Part shown: positions 52,106 through 64,000 of the stretch, piece after piece
Numbering within the stretch: position 1 is the stretch's first letter
Layout of the letters: every line of letters starts with the position of its first letter
Assembly: GCF_006345805.1 (NCBI RefSeq)
Contig: NC_043011.1
Coordinates: 5,890,001 to 5,954,000 of the forward strand
Direction: 5' to 3'
Source of the DNA: Octopus sinensis
Lineage: Eukaryota
Length of the DNA stretch: 64,000 nucleotides
Program-made: the position numbers and the translations under genes
Notes under the pieces: generated by a model
The model's input: only the letters and a program-made list of their open reading frames with translations
What the model was told of the DNA's origin: nothing
Databases searched by the model: none

Positions 52106-54594
52106 GTTACTGTTATTATTATTATTATTATCATGATGCTGGCAGAATCATTAGCATGCCAGACAAAATGTTTAGCAGCATTCTGTCCATCTTTCCATTC
52201 TGAGTTCAAATTTCACTGAGGTCGACTTTGCCTTTCATCCTTTCAGGAGAGATAAATTAAGTACCAGTTGAACACTGGGGTGAATGTAAATGACTTACGC
52301 CCTTCCCTGAAACTGCTGGCCTAGTGCCAAAAACTGAAACCATTATTATTATTATTATCAATTATTATTATTATTATCAATTATTATTAATATTCCTGGC
52401 CATTGGAAATTCAAAATTCTATCAGGGCTTAACTTATTATTTCCCATAATTAATTTTTTTTTTAAACAACACCTCGCATCATATAACAAACCAATATTCT
52501 AATTAGACCATTAATAATTTCATTAATAATGATTATTTTTTAATAATTTATTAAAAATCGAAATGGTTCAATTAAACAACATTTCTAATTAACGAATTAC
52601 TTTTATTCCCACGACAATTATACATACACATCACATTCCGCCCATATTCAATTACAAACTTACACACACACACACACACACACTACTTTCGCGAAATGTA
52701 TATTTCCTTTGCATTTGTAATGTGACATAAAGTACTTAAGCTTTCAACTTGGTATGTCCACCTTGCAGGACACATACTCTTTTTATCTACTCCTCCCCCC
52801 CCGTTTCTCCCCCTGTCTCCCTCATGTAATGCCATTAAGCTCTTCAACAAAAGGGAGGAGGAGGAGGAGGGCCCACATTTAATTATGAATAACTCTTTAA
52901 CTGGAGAGAGGTCAAAGCTATTAGTTCTCAATGGTCCATGAAGAAGGTAGAATCTTTGTGGAAGACATTCATGTAACTTTAGTTTTTAAGAAGTCGGTGT
53001 GGTGCGGGAGTGGGTGAATGGGGGGGAGTTGAGTGTAGTGTAGGGGCGGGTCTGTGAGAGAGAGAAAGAGAGAGAGAGAGTGAGCAGTGGCTGTGTGTGA
53101 AAAGGAATGAGTAAGTGCAGTGTCTCAGAGAACGAGAATGTATGAATGGGTGAGTGTGTGTGTGTATGTGAGTGTGTGTGTGCGTGTGTGTGCGAGTGTA
53201 TGAGTGTGTGTGAGTGTGTGTGTGCGTGTGAGTGTGCATGTGTGTGTGAGTGTGCATGTGTGAGTGTGTCTGTGAGTGTGTGTGTGAGTGTGTGTGTGAG
53301 TGTTGTGTGTGAGTGTGTGTGTGGTGTGTGAGTGTGTTGTGAGTGTGTGCGTGAGTGTGTGTGTGTGAGTGTGTGTGTGAGTGTGTGTGTGTGTGAGTGT
53401 GTGTGTGTGTGTGAGTGCCATTGAATGAGTGAAAGAGTAAGTATGCACATGAAAGAGTATGAATGCCAGAGTGTGTAGAAGAAGAATAATAGAGAGAGAG
53501 AGTCTGAGTGTAAGAGAGATTGAGTGCAAATGTGCAAATGAATGAGATTGAAAGTCATCATCATCATTTACTGTCCATTTTCTATGCTGGCATGAGTCGG
53601 ACAGCTGGACAGGAAGGGTTAAGGCCAGTGGCTGCACCAGGTTCCACTGTCTGTTTCAGCTTGGTTTCTACCACTTGATGCCCTTCCTAATGCCAACCAC
53701 TTTATCGAATTTGGACTGGGTTCCTTTCATGTGGGACCACATTAAACTACTTTTTTACATGGCACCAACACCAAATATTTTTGTAGATGGCACTTTGGTT
53801 TTAGGAAATCAAGTCTGTTGTGGTAGGCAGGTGCTCTTGGGGTACAGCAGTGTGTCACATACCTCGGTCCTCTGGGAAGGAGAAGGGCAGCACATAGAAG
53901 GTAGGGTGGGTATGAATGAATGGTCAAGAGAACGAGGGGGGGAGAGAGAGGGAGAGATGAGAGAAAATGCGAGTTAGTAAGTGAGAAAGAGAGAGAGGAG
54001 GAAGGAGAGAGAGAAACTGATCAGTTTAGAATTTGAACCTTGTAAAATAAGTTCGTGATAAGGAGAGAGTTGTGTGGTTCAGAACAAGAGAGAGGGGGAT
54101 GGACAGAGGAGAGGAAGAGAACAAGGGAGAGAGATGGGGAGAGAATGTATGAATAAAGAAAAGAGGGAGAAGAAGAGAGAGAAACTGTATCACCAACCAC
54201 CACCACTCTCCACATAATATAATGTTTATTCAATATTTTTTTTTTCTGCCGACCAAAACCTCCTCCAGTGCCCCAGTATTCCAATGCATCCTTTCAAGAT
54301 TTGAACCCCGCTCCTTTTCAGTCTCAACTGAACACTGGAGACACATTGACTACCTTACGACAACTCCACCGACCTCCATCTTTTGCTGGGTCAACAAAGG
54401 GGAATGGTGAAACATAATTAGAGAATAAAAGAACTGAAAGAGCAATTAATGGAAATATATGTTAAGTCGCTCGTTTAGTAAGTCACTAATTAGGCGAAGA
54501 GAATCTAAAAGAAGTGTTTGTATTAGTAATTAAAGAGATATACTGAATATATTACAAGCCATTAACTGACAACCAAACACATGGATGCACACAT

Positions 54595-55358
54595 TTCGCT
54601 GTGTGGTAAGTAGCTTGTTTACCAACCACATGGTTCCGGGTTCAGTCTCACTGCGTGGCACCTTGGGCAAGTGTCTTCTACTATAGCCCCGGGCCGACCA
54701 AAGCCTTGTGAGTGGATTTGGTAGACAGAAACTGAAAGAAGCCTGTCGTCACCATTTGACAGCTGGTGTTGGTGCATTTACATCTCCATAACTTAACAGT
54801 TCAGTAATGGAGACCGACAAAAAAGTACCAAGCTTAGAAAAAGTACGGGGGTTAGCTTGTTTGATTAAAAATTTTCTCAGCAGTGCCCCAGCATGGCCAG
54901 TCTAATGACTGAAGCAAGTAAAAGATAAAAGATATATATATATAGGCACAGGAGTGGCTGTGTGGTAAGTAGCTTGTTTACCAACCACATGGTTCCGGGT
55001 TCAGTCCCACTGCATGGCACCTTGGGCAAGTGTCTTCTACTATAGCCCCGGGCCGACCAAAGCTTTGTGAGTGGATTTGGTAGATGGAAACTGAAAGAAG
55101 CCCATCGTATATATGTATATATGTATATATATATGCGTGGGTATGTTTGTGTGTCTGTGTTTGTCCCCCTAGCATTGCTTGACAACTGATGCTGGTGTGT
55201 TTATGTCCTCGTTACTTAGCGGTTCGGCAAAAGAGACCGATAGAAAAAGTACTGGGCTTACAAAAGAATAAGTCCCGGGGTCGAGTTGCTCGATTAAAAA
55301 AGGCGGTGCTCCAGCATGGCCGCAGTTAAATGACTGAAACAAGTAAGAGAGAAAGAGA
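54595..55358 (+). mobile_element. Two adjacent SINE family A copies (about 54595-54932 and 54944-55358)
   Basis: Two successive family A heads and tails. Confidence 0.8.
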
Positions 55359-55390
55359 GAAATATACTCACACACACTCTGTGTGTGTGT

Positions 55391-55429
<39 letters not shown>

Positions 55430-56632
55430 GGTGCAGATGTGGCTATGTGGTAAGAATTTGCTTCCTAAACACATAGTTCTGGGTTCAGTCCTACTGCTAG
55501 GCACCTTGATGTGACAGCTTGGGCAAGTGTCTTCTACTATAGCCTCGGACTGACCAAAATCCTTGGGAGCACAATCCAGTAGACATAAACCAAAGAGAAG
55601 AATCACATGTAATACACGGGGTGGACCAAAAATCATGCACAAAAACATTTGACATTTTATTTATTATTACTTTGACCAGGCTCCTGTGGCTTTTATGGGT
55701 TTTTCCACATGAGACCTTTTCTTTTTTCGAAGCGTCTCCTCTATTGGGAGTTTTGTAAATTGTTGAATTTTTTCGTTGTTGTAAAGCTTGTTTACACGGA
55801 CTTTTTTTTTTCGAAAAACGGAGAAAATCTTTTGTAACCTTTCGTCCTGTTTTGTCCCTTTATGTTTTCCAATCATATTTGTCAGCCCCTGTGGCCAATA
55901 AAAGGAATTAATTATTACTATTATTACCATTATTATTCTTATTACTACATACTATTATTATTATTACTACTACTATTACTACTATTGTTATTACTACTAC
56001 TACTACTACCACCACTACTACTACTATTACCACTACTACTACTACTATTACCACTACTACTACTACTACTATTATTAAGTTGGCAAACTGGCAGAATCAT
56101 TAGCACGCCAGGCAAAATGCTTAGTGGTACTTCGCCCATCGCTACGTTCTGAGTTCAAATTCCGGCGAGGTCGACTTTGCCTTTAATCCTTTCAGTGTCA
56201 CTAAAAAACAAGTACCAGTTGAAAACTGGGGGGTCAATGTGATCAACTCATCCCCTCCTCTAAAATTTCTGCCCTTGTGGCAAAATGTGAAACCATTATT
56301 ATTATTATTATTATTTATTTTGTCCATCATATACAAGTACATGTGTCTTCATCCATCATTATCCTATTCATTTTACTCCTTTATAGAAAAATTGAAGCAT
56401 GCCTGACTATTTCAGAGTGTATTGAGCTTATTTGGAGTGTGGCTTTTAGCCCACCGTGCGTGCGTGCGTGTGTGTGTGTAGGCTAACACAAGACCCACAT
56501 TAAACTCTTCACTTGTATCACGATTGAACCAAGAATTTAACTATGGTCTGTACTTAGCACTAAGTATTGCCTGCCACTCTTTGGGTCTTCTAGATACCAA
56601 TATCTTTTATACATACATATATATATACATAC

Positions 56633-56670
<38 letters not shown>

Positions 56671-56756
56671 CATATTAGAGGAAAAAATAAAAACTAAGGC
56701 AGAACAAGTATCTCAAGTCATTTAGGATAATTTAATTAGGGTAAGGTGAGTTTGCA

Positions 56757-56832
56757 GTCTTACAGCTGTTTCTGGGATAACCTGACTGGTTGGTTAGCAT
56801 GTCCATACACTGGGTATTCCATCATCAGAGAC
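56757..56832 (-). ncRNA. Type I hammerhead ribozyme (left arm of foldback)
   Basis: Minus strand: GUCU-CUGAUGA(56828-56822)-UGG...CCA-GAAA(56772-56769)-C-AGCU-G-UA^AGAC. Stem I is a perfect 4 bp. Confidence 0.8.
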
Positions 56833-56895
56833 AAAGTGTGTATGTATGAAAGTTCTTGACAGGGAAAGAACTTGACTTTCATACGTACTCCCTTT

Positions 56896-56971
56896 GTCTC
56901 TGATGATGGAATACCCAGTGCACAGACATGCTAACCAACCAGTCAGGTTATCCCAGAAACAGCTGTAAGGC
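56896..56971 (+). ncRNA. Type I hammerhead ribozyme (right arm of foldback)
   Basis: GUCU-CUGAUGA(56900-56906)-UGG...CCA-GAAA(56956-56959)-C-AGCU-G-UA^AGGC. Stem I is GUCU/AGGC (4 bp) and the stem III loop AGCU is palindromic. Confidence 0.8.
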
Positions 56972-57219
56972 TTCAAATTCACCTTACCCAAATTCAATTA
57001 TCCTAAATGACTTGAGATACTTGTTCTGCCTTGGTTTTTGTTGTTCTCTTTCCTCTAATATATACCTGCTAACACAGAAGCCTAATACAGATCCCGAGCT
57101 TCAGCCTCAGCTGTGAACTTGGAACCTAACAGATGACGAGTTATAGCACTTACCCAGCGTACCTATTCGTTTAGATCACCAATGAACTAAACCCCTCCTA
57201 TCCTTTATATATATATATG

Positions 57220-57495
57220 AAGGCACGATGGCCCAGTGGTTAGGGCAGCGGACTCGCGGTCATAGGATCGCGGTTTCGATTCCCAGAAAACACCTAAAAG
57301 CTTCACGAGGCTCCAGCAGGGCGTGGTGATCCCTGCTGTACTCTTTCATCACTCTTTCTCCCACTCTTTCTTCTGTTGGCCTGCTCGCTTAGCCAGCGGG
57401 TTGGCGTCATTCGAAGGCTAAAACAATGCGAACGCATTGTGACCAGCGATGTGTAACAACATCTGATGGTCTGGTCGGTCACGTGATCACGTGAT
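57220..57495 (+). mobile_element. tRNA-headed SINE with RTE-derived tail
   Basis: Head GGCCCAGTGGTTAGGGCAGCGG...GGTTTCGATTCC (A/B-box-like). Tail GTGACCAGCG.TGT...CTGA.GG.CTGGTCGGTCA matches the 27152-27210 LINE end. Confidence 0.8.
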
Positions 57496-59771
57496 ATATA
57501 TATATATTTATATATATATACATATATATAAAATTCAAACTCACTCACATGGCTTTCTCCACTCAGACTTAGTTTTCTCACTTTCACTCACACGTACACA
57601 TGTATCTTGCGCAAACTTGCTCATTCGTGGCTTTTCACCACACAGTCTTAAGACACACACTTTTTACACACACATCCAGCCTTCATATTAACACATTCAC
57701 TCAAATATGCTCAAACATTTATGCTCTCAGTCCACCCACGCTCAAACGCACTCACAATCTCATAGACACACCCACAGAGCCTCCGGAGAGGCCATGGTGC
57801 AAACATGTTCATACACATGCATTCAAGCATTTAAAAACTTTGATACACACATACACAAACACACAAAACCTCATACATATACACACACTTACCTGATCAC
57901 ACACACACACACACACACACTTCAGACATTCAAAACTTGAGGCATCTACAATTCCTGGTGCCTCCTGCCATCATTCATTCAGCAATATCAAATGAATGAA
58001 AAATAAGAGGAATTACTTGTTAAAGAGAATGTCAGACCATGGAGCACACCATCATATTCCAGGCTAATAATATTCTGGCTTGTCCTAATTCCTCGAATCA
58101 CACTACCCCACCCCCTTTCTCCCACTTTAGCTAATTGCATTACCTTGATAATTAAACAATTACAGATTTTCTGAAATGAAAGGACTATCTGCAAACATTT
58201 TAATGAAGAATTTTAATGTGGAGCTTGGTAAATGCTTCCAAGAATAAAACTCAAAGACAACTGAACAATTATTTGGAATGGCAGTTCAATGCATTCTGGA
58301 ATAATTTCTGGCAAACCAAGATCTAAAATGAGACATCATCATCATCATCATCATCATCATTTAACATCCATTTTCCATGCTGGCATGGGTTGGACAGTTT
58401 GACAGAAGCCAACAAACCAGAGAACGGCACCAAGCTTCAATGTCTGCTTTCACACATTGCTTCTGCAGCCAGTTGGAATCTGGGATGACAGAATTGGTAA
58501 GGCATCAGACAAAAATACCTTACAGTATTACGCACCCACATACACCGAGGTTCTGAGTTCAAATCTCGCCCAAGTTGGATCTTGATTTTTATCACTCCAA
58601 TGTCAATGGCTGCCATTTCTAGCAAGTTACTCAAGAGATTACCATTGACATTATTATTGCTGTTATTGTTGTTATGGCAGTAGTGGTGGTGGTGGTGGTG
58701 GTGGATGGTAGAATCAGTAAAGAACTGGACAAAATGCCACACAGTACCAAGCTACACTACTTGTACAGTGAGTTCAAATCCTACGAAGACTGACTTTTCC
58801 TTTCATGCTTCCAGGGTCGATAGATCCCAGTTAAGCATTGGAATCAAATCAATCCTTTCTTCACACCCACAAAATGGGTGGCCATACAACTATATTCTTG
58901 TTGTTGTTGTTGCTATCATCATCATCATCACCACATTTTTATCTATTTAGGTATTCAACTTTCTTTGGTAAAGCAATTAATTCATCACAGAAGAAAAAAT
59001 GACTGATAAAGATATTTTATCAGTGTAAGATATATATATATACATATGTATATATATATATATATGTATATACACACAAGCACACATACATACACACATG
59101 CATAAAGAGAGAGAGAGAGTGAGAGAAAGAGAGAGACTTGCATGCAGTGTTTTGTGTGTGTATACACACACGCATGCAATAACACGCACACACACACACA
59201 CACTGTACTCATATGCTCTCATGTTCCTGTAATTTCAAATATTGCTTACAGCAAACATTATACATCTGTGTGTGTGTATGTATTACACACACACACACAC
59301 ACAAAACATGAATGGAAACATGTGTATGCCTATGCATGCACATAAGTACATACACATGTATTTGTGTGTGTGTGTGTATGTATATATATATATATATATC
59401 ATCATCATTTAGCGTCCGCTTTCCATGCTATATATACATATATACACGCACACACACACACACACACACACATACATTGCCCACAGTGGAACTAAAGTTG
59501 GTTTAGTTCACTCACCAATGCCTGCTGTTATTGAGGTAGAAGCATATTTGTCTCTATGCCTGTCTGTGTGTAAAAGTTCACATCTGGTGTGTGTGTGTGT
59601 GTGTATATACATGTTCACATTTATGTATGTTTATGTTTACATATTCACACCTGCGTTTACATCTTTACATCTGAGTTTGTGTGTGTGTGTGTGTTGTGTG
59701 TGTGTGTGTGTGTGTGTTTTTGTGTGTGTGTTTGTGTGTGTTCACATGTTCATGGAGAGAATGTGTACATG

Positions 59772-59823
<52 letters not shown>

Positions 59824-59919
59824 CTTTAGTTCCAAAGTTTGTTCAAAGAATCACAACTTTGACCAATTATGAAGAACTAAGTATATTCTATAATCTAAAA
59901 TTACAAAATTAATAAATCC

Positions 59920-60355
59920 ATTCTACTATACACACAAGGCCTGAACTTTGTGGGGAGGGGAGTAATTGATTACATCGACCCCAGTACGCAACTGGTACTT
60001 GATTCATCGACCCCAAAAAAATGAAAGGCAAAGTCGACCTCGGAGGAATTTGAACTCAGAACGTAAAGACGGACAAAATGCTGTTATGCATTTTTGCCTG
60101 GTGTGCTAACCATTCTGCCAGCTCACTGCCTTAATAATAATCCTTTCTACGATAGGCACAAGGCCTAAAATTTGGGAGAAGGGAATAATTGATTACATTA
60201 ACCCCAGTGTTTTACTGGTATTTAATTTATTGACCCCCAAAAGGATGAAAGGTAAAGTTGACCTTGGTGGAATTTGAACTTGGAATGTATTAGCCGGACA
60301 AAATGCCGATAAGCATTTTGTCCGATATGCTAATGATTCTGCCAGCTCGCCACCT
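59920..60355 (-). mobile_element. Two tandem SINE family B copies
   Basis: Two successive reverse-complement family B units, each ending CTGCCAGCTC.C.CCTT. Further family B copies lie at about 165-400, 1070-1230, 1515-1700, 3505-3720, 31560-31690, 32418-32575, 37940-38120, 45117-45325, 51813-51995, 52137-52340 and 56075-56295. Confidence 0.8.
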
Positions 60356-60639
60356 TAAAATTTCAAAATAAATAATAAAAACAAAAAAAGCCATTCCTTC
60401 TCTCCAAAGTAAAAAAAAAAAAAATTATGGAAAGAAGAGGAGAAAGAGATGAGATTTAAGAATTGACAAATTTATATTTTAACAAGGTAAACATCAAACT
60501 AATTCCCTTCTTACCTGTATTTAATTATTTCACCTTCAAACTCATTGAATTTCTCTTATTTAATAATTTATCTTTTAAATTCTTTCCTTCTCCTCTCTCT
60601 CCTTCCTGATATGTTTCATCCTCAAACTTCTTCCTCTTC

Positions 60640-61190
60640 TCTTTCATTTAACATTTTTTTCAAACTATTTCCTTTGCACTCTCTCCCTCGCATTTAATAT
60701 ATTTATTTTAAATGCCTTCCTTTTCTTTTTTTATTTAACATTTTTCTTTCAAACTCTTTCCTTACCGTTCTCCTTCATTTAATACATTTTACCCCTTCAA
60801 ATTCCTCCCTACTCTTTCTCTTTCAAACTCCTTCTTTCTCTCTATTACAAAACACATTTCTCCCAAAAAATCCTTCCTTTTCTCCTTCATTTAACATTTT
60901 TCTTTCAAACTCTTTCCTTACCATTCTCCTTCACTTAATACATTTTCCCCTTCAAATTCCTCCCTCCTCTTTCTCTTTCAAACTCCTTCTTTTTCTCTGT
61001 TACAAAACACATTTCTCCCCCAAAATCCTTCCTTTTCTCCATTTAACATTTTTCTTTCAAACTCTTTCCTTCTCTCTCTCTCTCATTTCCCCTTCAAACT
61101 CTTTCCTTCTCTCTCTCCCTCATTTCCCCTTCAAACTCTTTCTTTCTGCCGTTTCCTCTCTATTACCCAACACATTTTCTCCCCTGCAAC
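60640..61190. repeat. Pyrimidine-rich tract with about 155-bp tandem unit (about 2.3 copies)
   Basis: ATTTAACATTTTTCTTTCAAACTCTTTCCTT at 60733, 60889 and 61041. Confidence 0.85.
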
Positions 61191-62343
61191 TTCTCTTCAC
61201 TCATTCCTTCCTTATTAGATAAGAGACAAGTTAACCAACTCAAAACTTATCCAATCCATCTTAGTGCAGCAGACACATTCATCTTATGAAACCTGCCAGA
61301 TAGTTCCAGACACAGGTATGTAGGTAGGAAGGCAGGTAGCCGTAGGTAGACACAGGTCTTTGAGAACTGCAGGATATTAAACACTAACATCACTAGAACT
61401 TCTGGCTTCCATTTATTCCGAATGTAGTTTCTTACATTTTTCTGCAATTTTATTTATCATATTGACAATTCAGTTATGACTGTAGTGATAATTGTGATGA
61501 TGATGATGATGGTGGTGGTGGGTGGTGGTGGTGATAAGGTTTGTGGTGATGATAGATCATGTCTGTGTGTGTGTGTGTTGCAACAGTATCACACCAGATC
61601 TATGAGTGGAACCTTATGGAAGAGATGGTTGAGACACATATAAAAAGATGCAGCATTGCACATTGCAGATCTGTCCAACCCACCTTCAACAGGGAGATGA
61701 CATGAAGATGACAACGATGACAATGTTTATTATAGTGGTGATGACCATGATGATGAGTGTGATGGAGATGAGGATGATAATGGTGATGACAGTGCCAATA
61801 ACAACAGTGATGAAGACAGTGATGGTAGAGATAATTGCAGTGGTGTATCTGATAATGGTGATGGTAGTTGTGATGGTGGTGGTGGTGGTGGTGGTGGTGG
61901 TGGTGGTAGTGGTGGTTTTGGTGTTGGTGTTGGTGGTGGTGGCAGTGGTGGTTACGGTGATGTAATCACTACTGTCTACTGTAGCCAACTCTGCTGGTTC
62001 TGCTAAGTTTTCAAGGAAATTTATAGGTTAGCAGAATAACAGACCAGTGTGCAACTTTCTTCTGGCATCAGCATATGTGTGTATGTATATGTGTGTATGT
62101 ATGTATGCGTGTGTATGTATGCGTGTGTATGTATGCGTGTGTATGCATTTGTATGTGTGTATCAGAGAGAAAAACAATATTCTGACATCTACAGAGAGAA
62201 AATCAAATTCCCCAACAGCATTCTTCCAAAAGATAAATGTGTGTGTGTGTGTCTATACACAAATATACACTGTGTGTAGACTATATATATATATATACAT
62301 ATATATACATACACACATATTTTATATAAATATACACATACAC

Positions 62344-62375
<32 letters not shown>

Positions 62376-62378
<3 letters not shown>

Positions 62379-62662
62379 TAAGTATATGATTTAACTTATT
62401 AAACACAGTTCAACAAATTCATTCATATTTCTGTAAACGGAGGAGATTAGATGTTAGAATGGTTCATAGTTTTTACTACTCGTGTTGCTGTACAAATTGT
62501 TTCGTACAGAAAGACTCAGATATTCATAAATAGAAAATCCGAGTTGTCAGAATGAGTACTCATCGGTAGCAAAGATAAGAACTAAAAAGACGTTAGAATT
62601 ACATAAGTTTGGTGTTATCAATCATTTTGTATTGCGTTCTTGTTCTTGGAGTCTATTTTAAA
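62376..62662 (-). mobile_element. About 290-bp hammerhead-bearing element between TA microsatellites (putative Penelope terminal-repeat derivative)
   Basis: Complex island flanked on both sides by (TA)n, containing the hammerhead above. Confidence 0.55.
62485..62573 (-). ncRNA. Type I hammerhead, variant core (CCGAUGA)
   Basis: Minus strand: UUGCUA-CCGAUGA(62566-62560)-GUAC...GUAC-GAAA(62503-62500)-C-AAUUU-G-UA^CAGCAA. Stem II has a 4-bp base plus an ACUCGGA/UCUGAGU extension. Stem I is 5 bp after one mismatch. Confidence 0.6.
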
Positions 62663-62663
62663 C

Positions 62664-62694
<31 letters not shown>

Positions 62695-62722
62695 TACATA
62701 TGTGTATATATATATATATAAT

Positions 62723-62776
<54 letters not shown>

Positions 62777-63659
62777 CACACAGATAGATTGATAGATAGA
62801 CGGATGGATAGATGTCTATGTATGTGTATGTATATATATATACAGATAGATTGATAGATGGATGGATAGATGTCTATGTGTAAATATATATATATATACA
62901 TATTTTATATATTTATATATACATCATCACACATACATTACAAACATATATTACATACACACACACTTATGTAAGTACATGTGTGTGCACACAAATATAT
63001 ATTCATGGAATATATATATATAAACACACACACAAGCCTATACATATGTATATAATTGTGTATATATACATACATACATTATACACACACACGTATGCGT
63101 GTGTGTGTGTGCATACGCAAGAATATCCATACATAACATATATTCAGGCACAAAAACACTAAAGTAAGGAATTCTCAACCTGAATGGCACCAATCCAGAT
63201 TGGCGGCAATGTAATGAAGCTACTTTGACTCACTTGATGATAAAGATCTCAATCTTGAAACATTCTTTATCACAAGATTCATTTTCTGTGTGTTATTAAT
63301 TCATTCTATTATCGCATAAGTTGAATAGGTCTGTAAGCCTAAACATTGGCGGAAGGAAAAAATCCAATTCTAATATCATCCAGGAAGTGGTGAGGCTGGA
63401 GGGGGTTTTGCTTTCAGACAGAGCTGTGATGACTATGCCAACCTTTAGAGACAGACTAAGGGCTTACAAGGAGACTTTACTTGGATGTTTTACATTAATT
63501 AGAATAATACAGATATTTGAAAATAAAGAAAGAAAAAAACAATGCAGGTGAGGAAATTAGAAAAAAACATATAAGGAGATGTCAATAGATGAAAACAAAA
63601 GAGAAAATATACTGTATTATGGTACATAAGCTATTTAATGATCTTATATCATTTCAGGA

Positions 63660-63978
63660 AGGTGCGTGGTTGGTGGGAATTCGGCTCACGATTGTAAGGT
63701 CGTGAGTTCGATTCCTGGCGACACGTTGTGTCCTTGAGCAAGACACTTTATTTCACGTTGCTCCAGTCCACTCAGCTAGCAAAAATGAGTTGTACCTTTA
63801 TTTTAAAGTGCCCCAGCCTTGTCACACACTGTGTCACGCTGAATCTCCTTGAGAACTACGTTAGGGGTACATGTGTCTGTGGAGTGCTCAGCCACTTGCA
63901 CATTAATTTCACGAGCAAGCTGTTCCATTGATCGGATCAGCTGGGACCCTCCTCGTTGTCGTAACCGACTGAGTGCTC
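63660..63978 (+). mobile_element. SINE family C copy
   Basis: GTGAGTTCGATTCC B-box. Tail GTGTCACGCTGAATCTCC...GATCGGATCA.CTGG..CCCTC is shared with 24208-24588. Confidence 0.75.
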
Positions 63979-64000
63979 CCATTATTTCAGGAAAGATTCC

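Larger units (their letters stand above)
56673..57060. mobile_element. About 390-bp foldback (long inverted repeat) element, each arm carrying a hammerhead
   Basis: TATTAGAGGAAA...(56673) mirrors ...TTTCCTCTAATA (57060). Arms of about 185 bp pair nearly end to end around a short centre at about 56855-56875. There is a TA microsatellite on the left and TATA on the right. Confidence 0.9.

Overview
AT-rich, repeat-saturated animal genomic DNA with no intact host gene that I can support. It is probably intergenic or intronic, and its SINE/MITE/microsatellite landscape resembles an octopus genome (recalled from family patterns, not searched). The window holds dozens of copies of at least three tRNA-headed SINE families, 3' fragments of CR1- and RTE-type LINEs, hAT-, Tc1/mariner-, piggyBac- and Helentron-like non-autonomous elements, and a 1.77-kb tandem duplication. 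The only long intact ORF (20790-22961, minus) is a 5'-truncated Penelope-like retroelement (RT + GIY-YIG) sitting inside a (TA/TAGA)n microsatellite, with a well-formed type I hammerhead ribozyme in its 3' region. The most striking unexplained pattern is a set of further hammerhead-bearing mini-elements. Two are foldback palindromes (56673-57060 and 49090-49282) in which each arm carries its own hammerhead core in opposite orientation. All structures were folded by eye, and most SINE/LINE boundaries are approximate.
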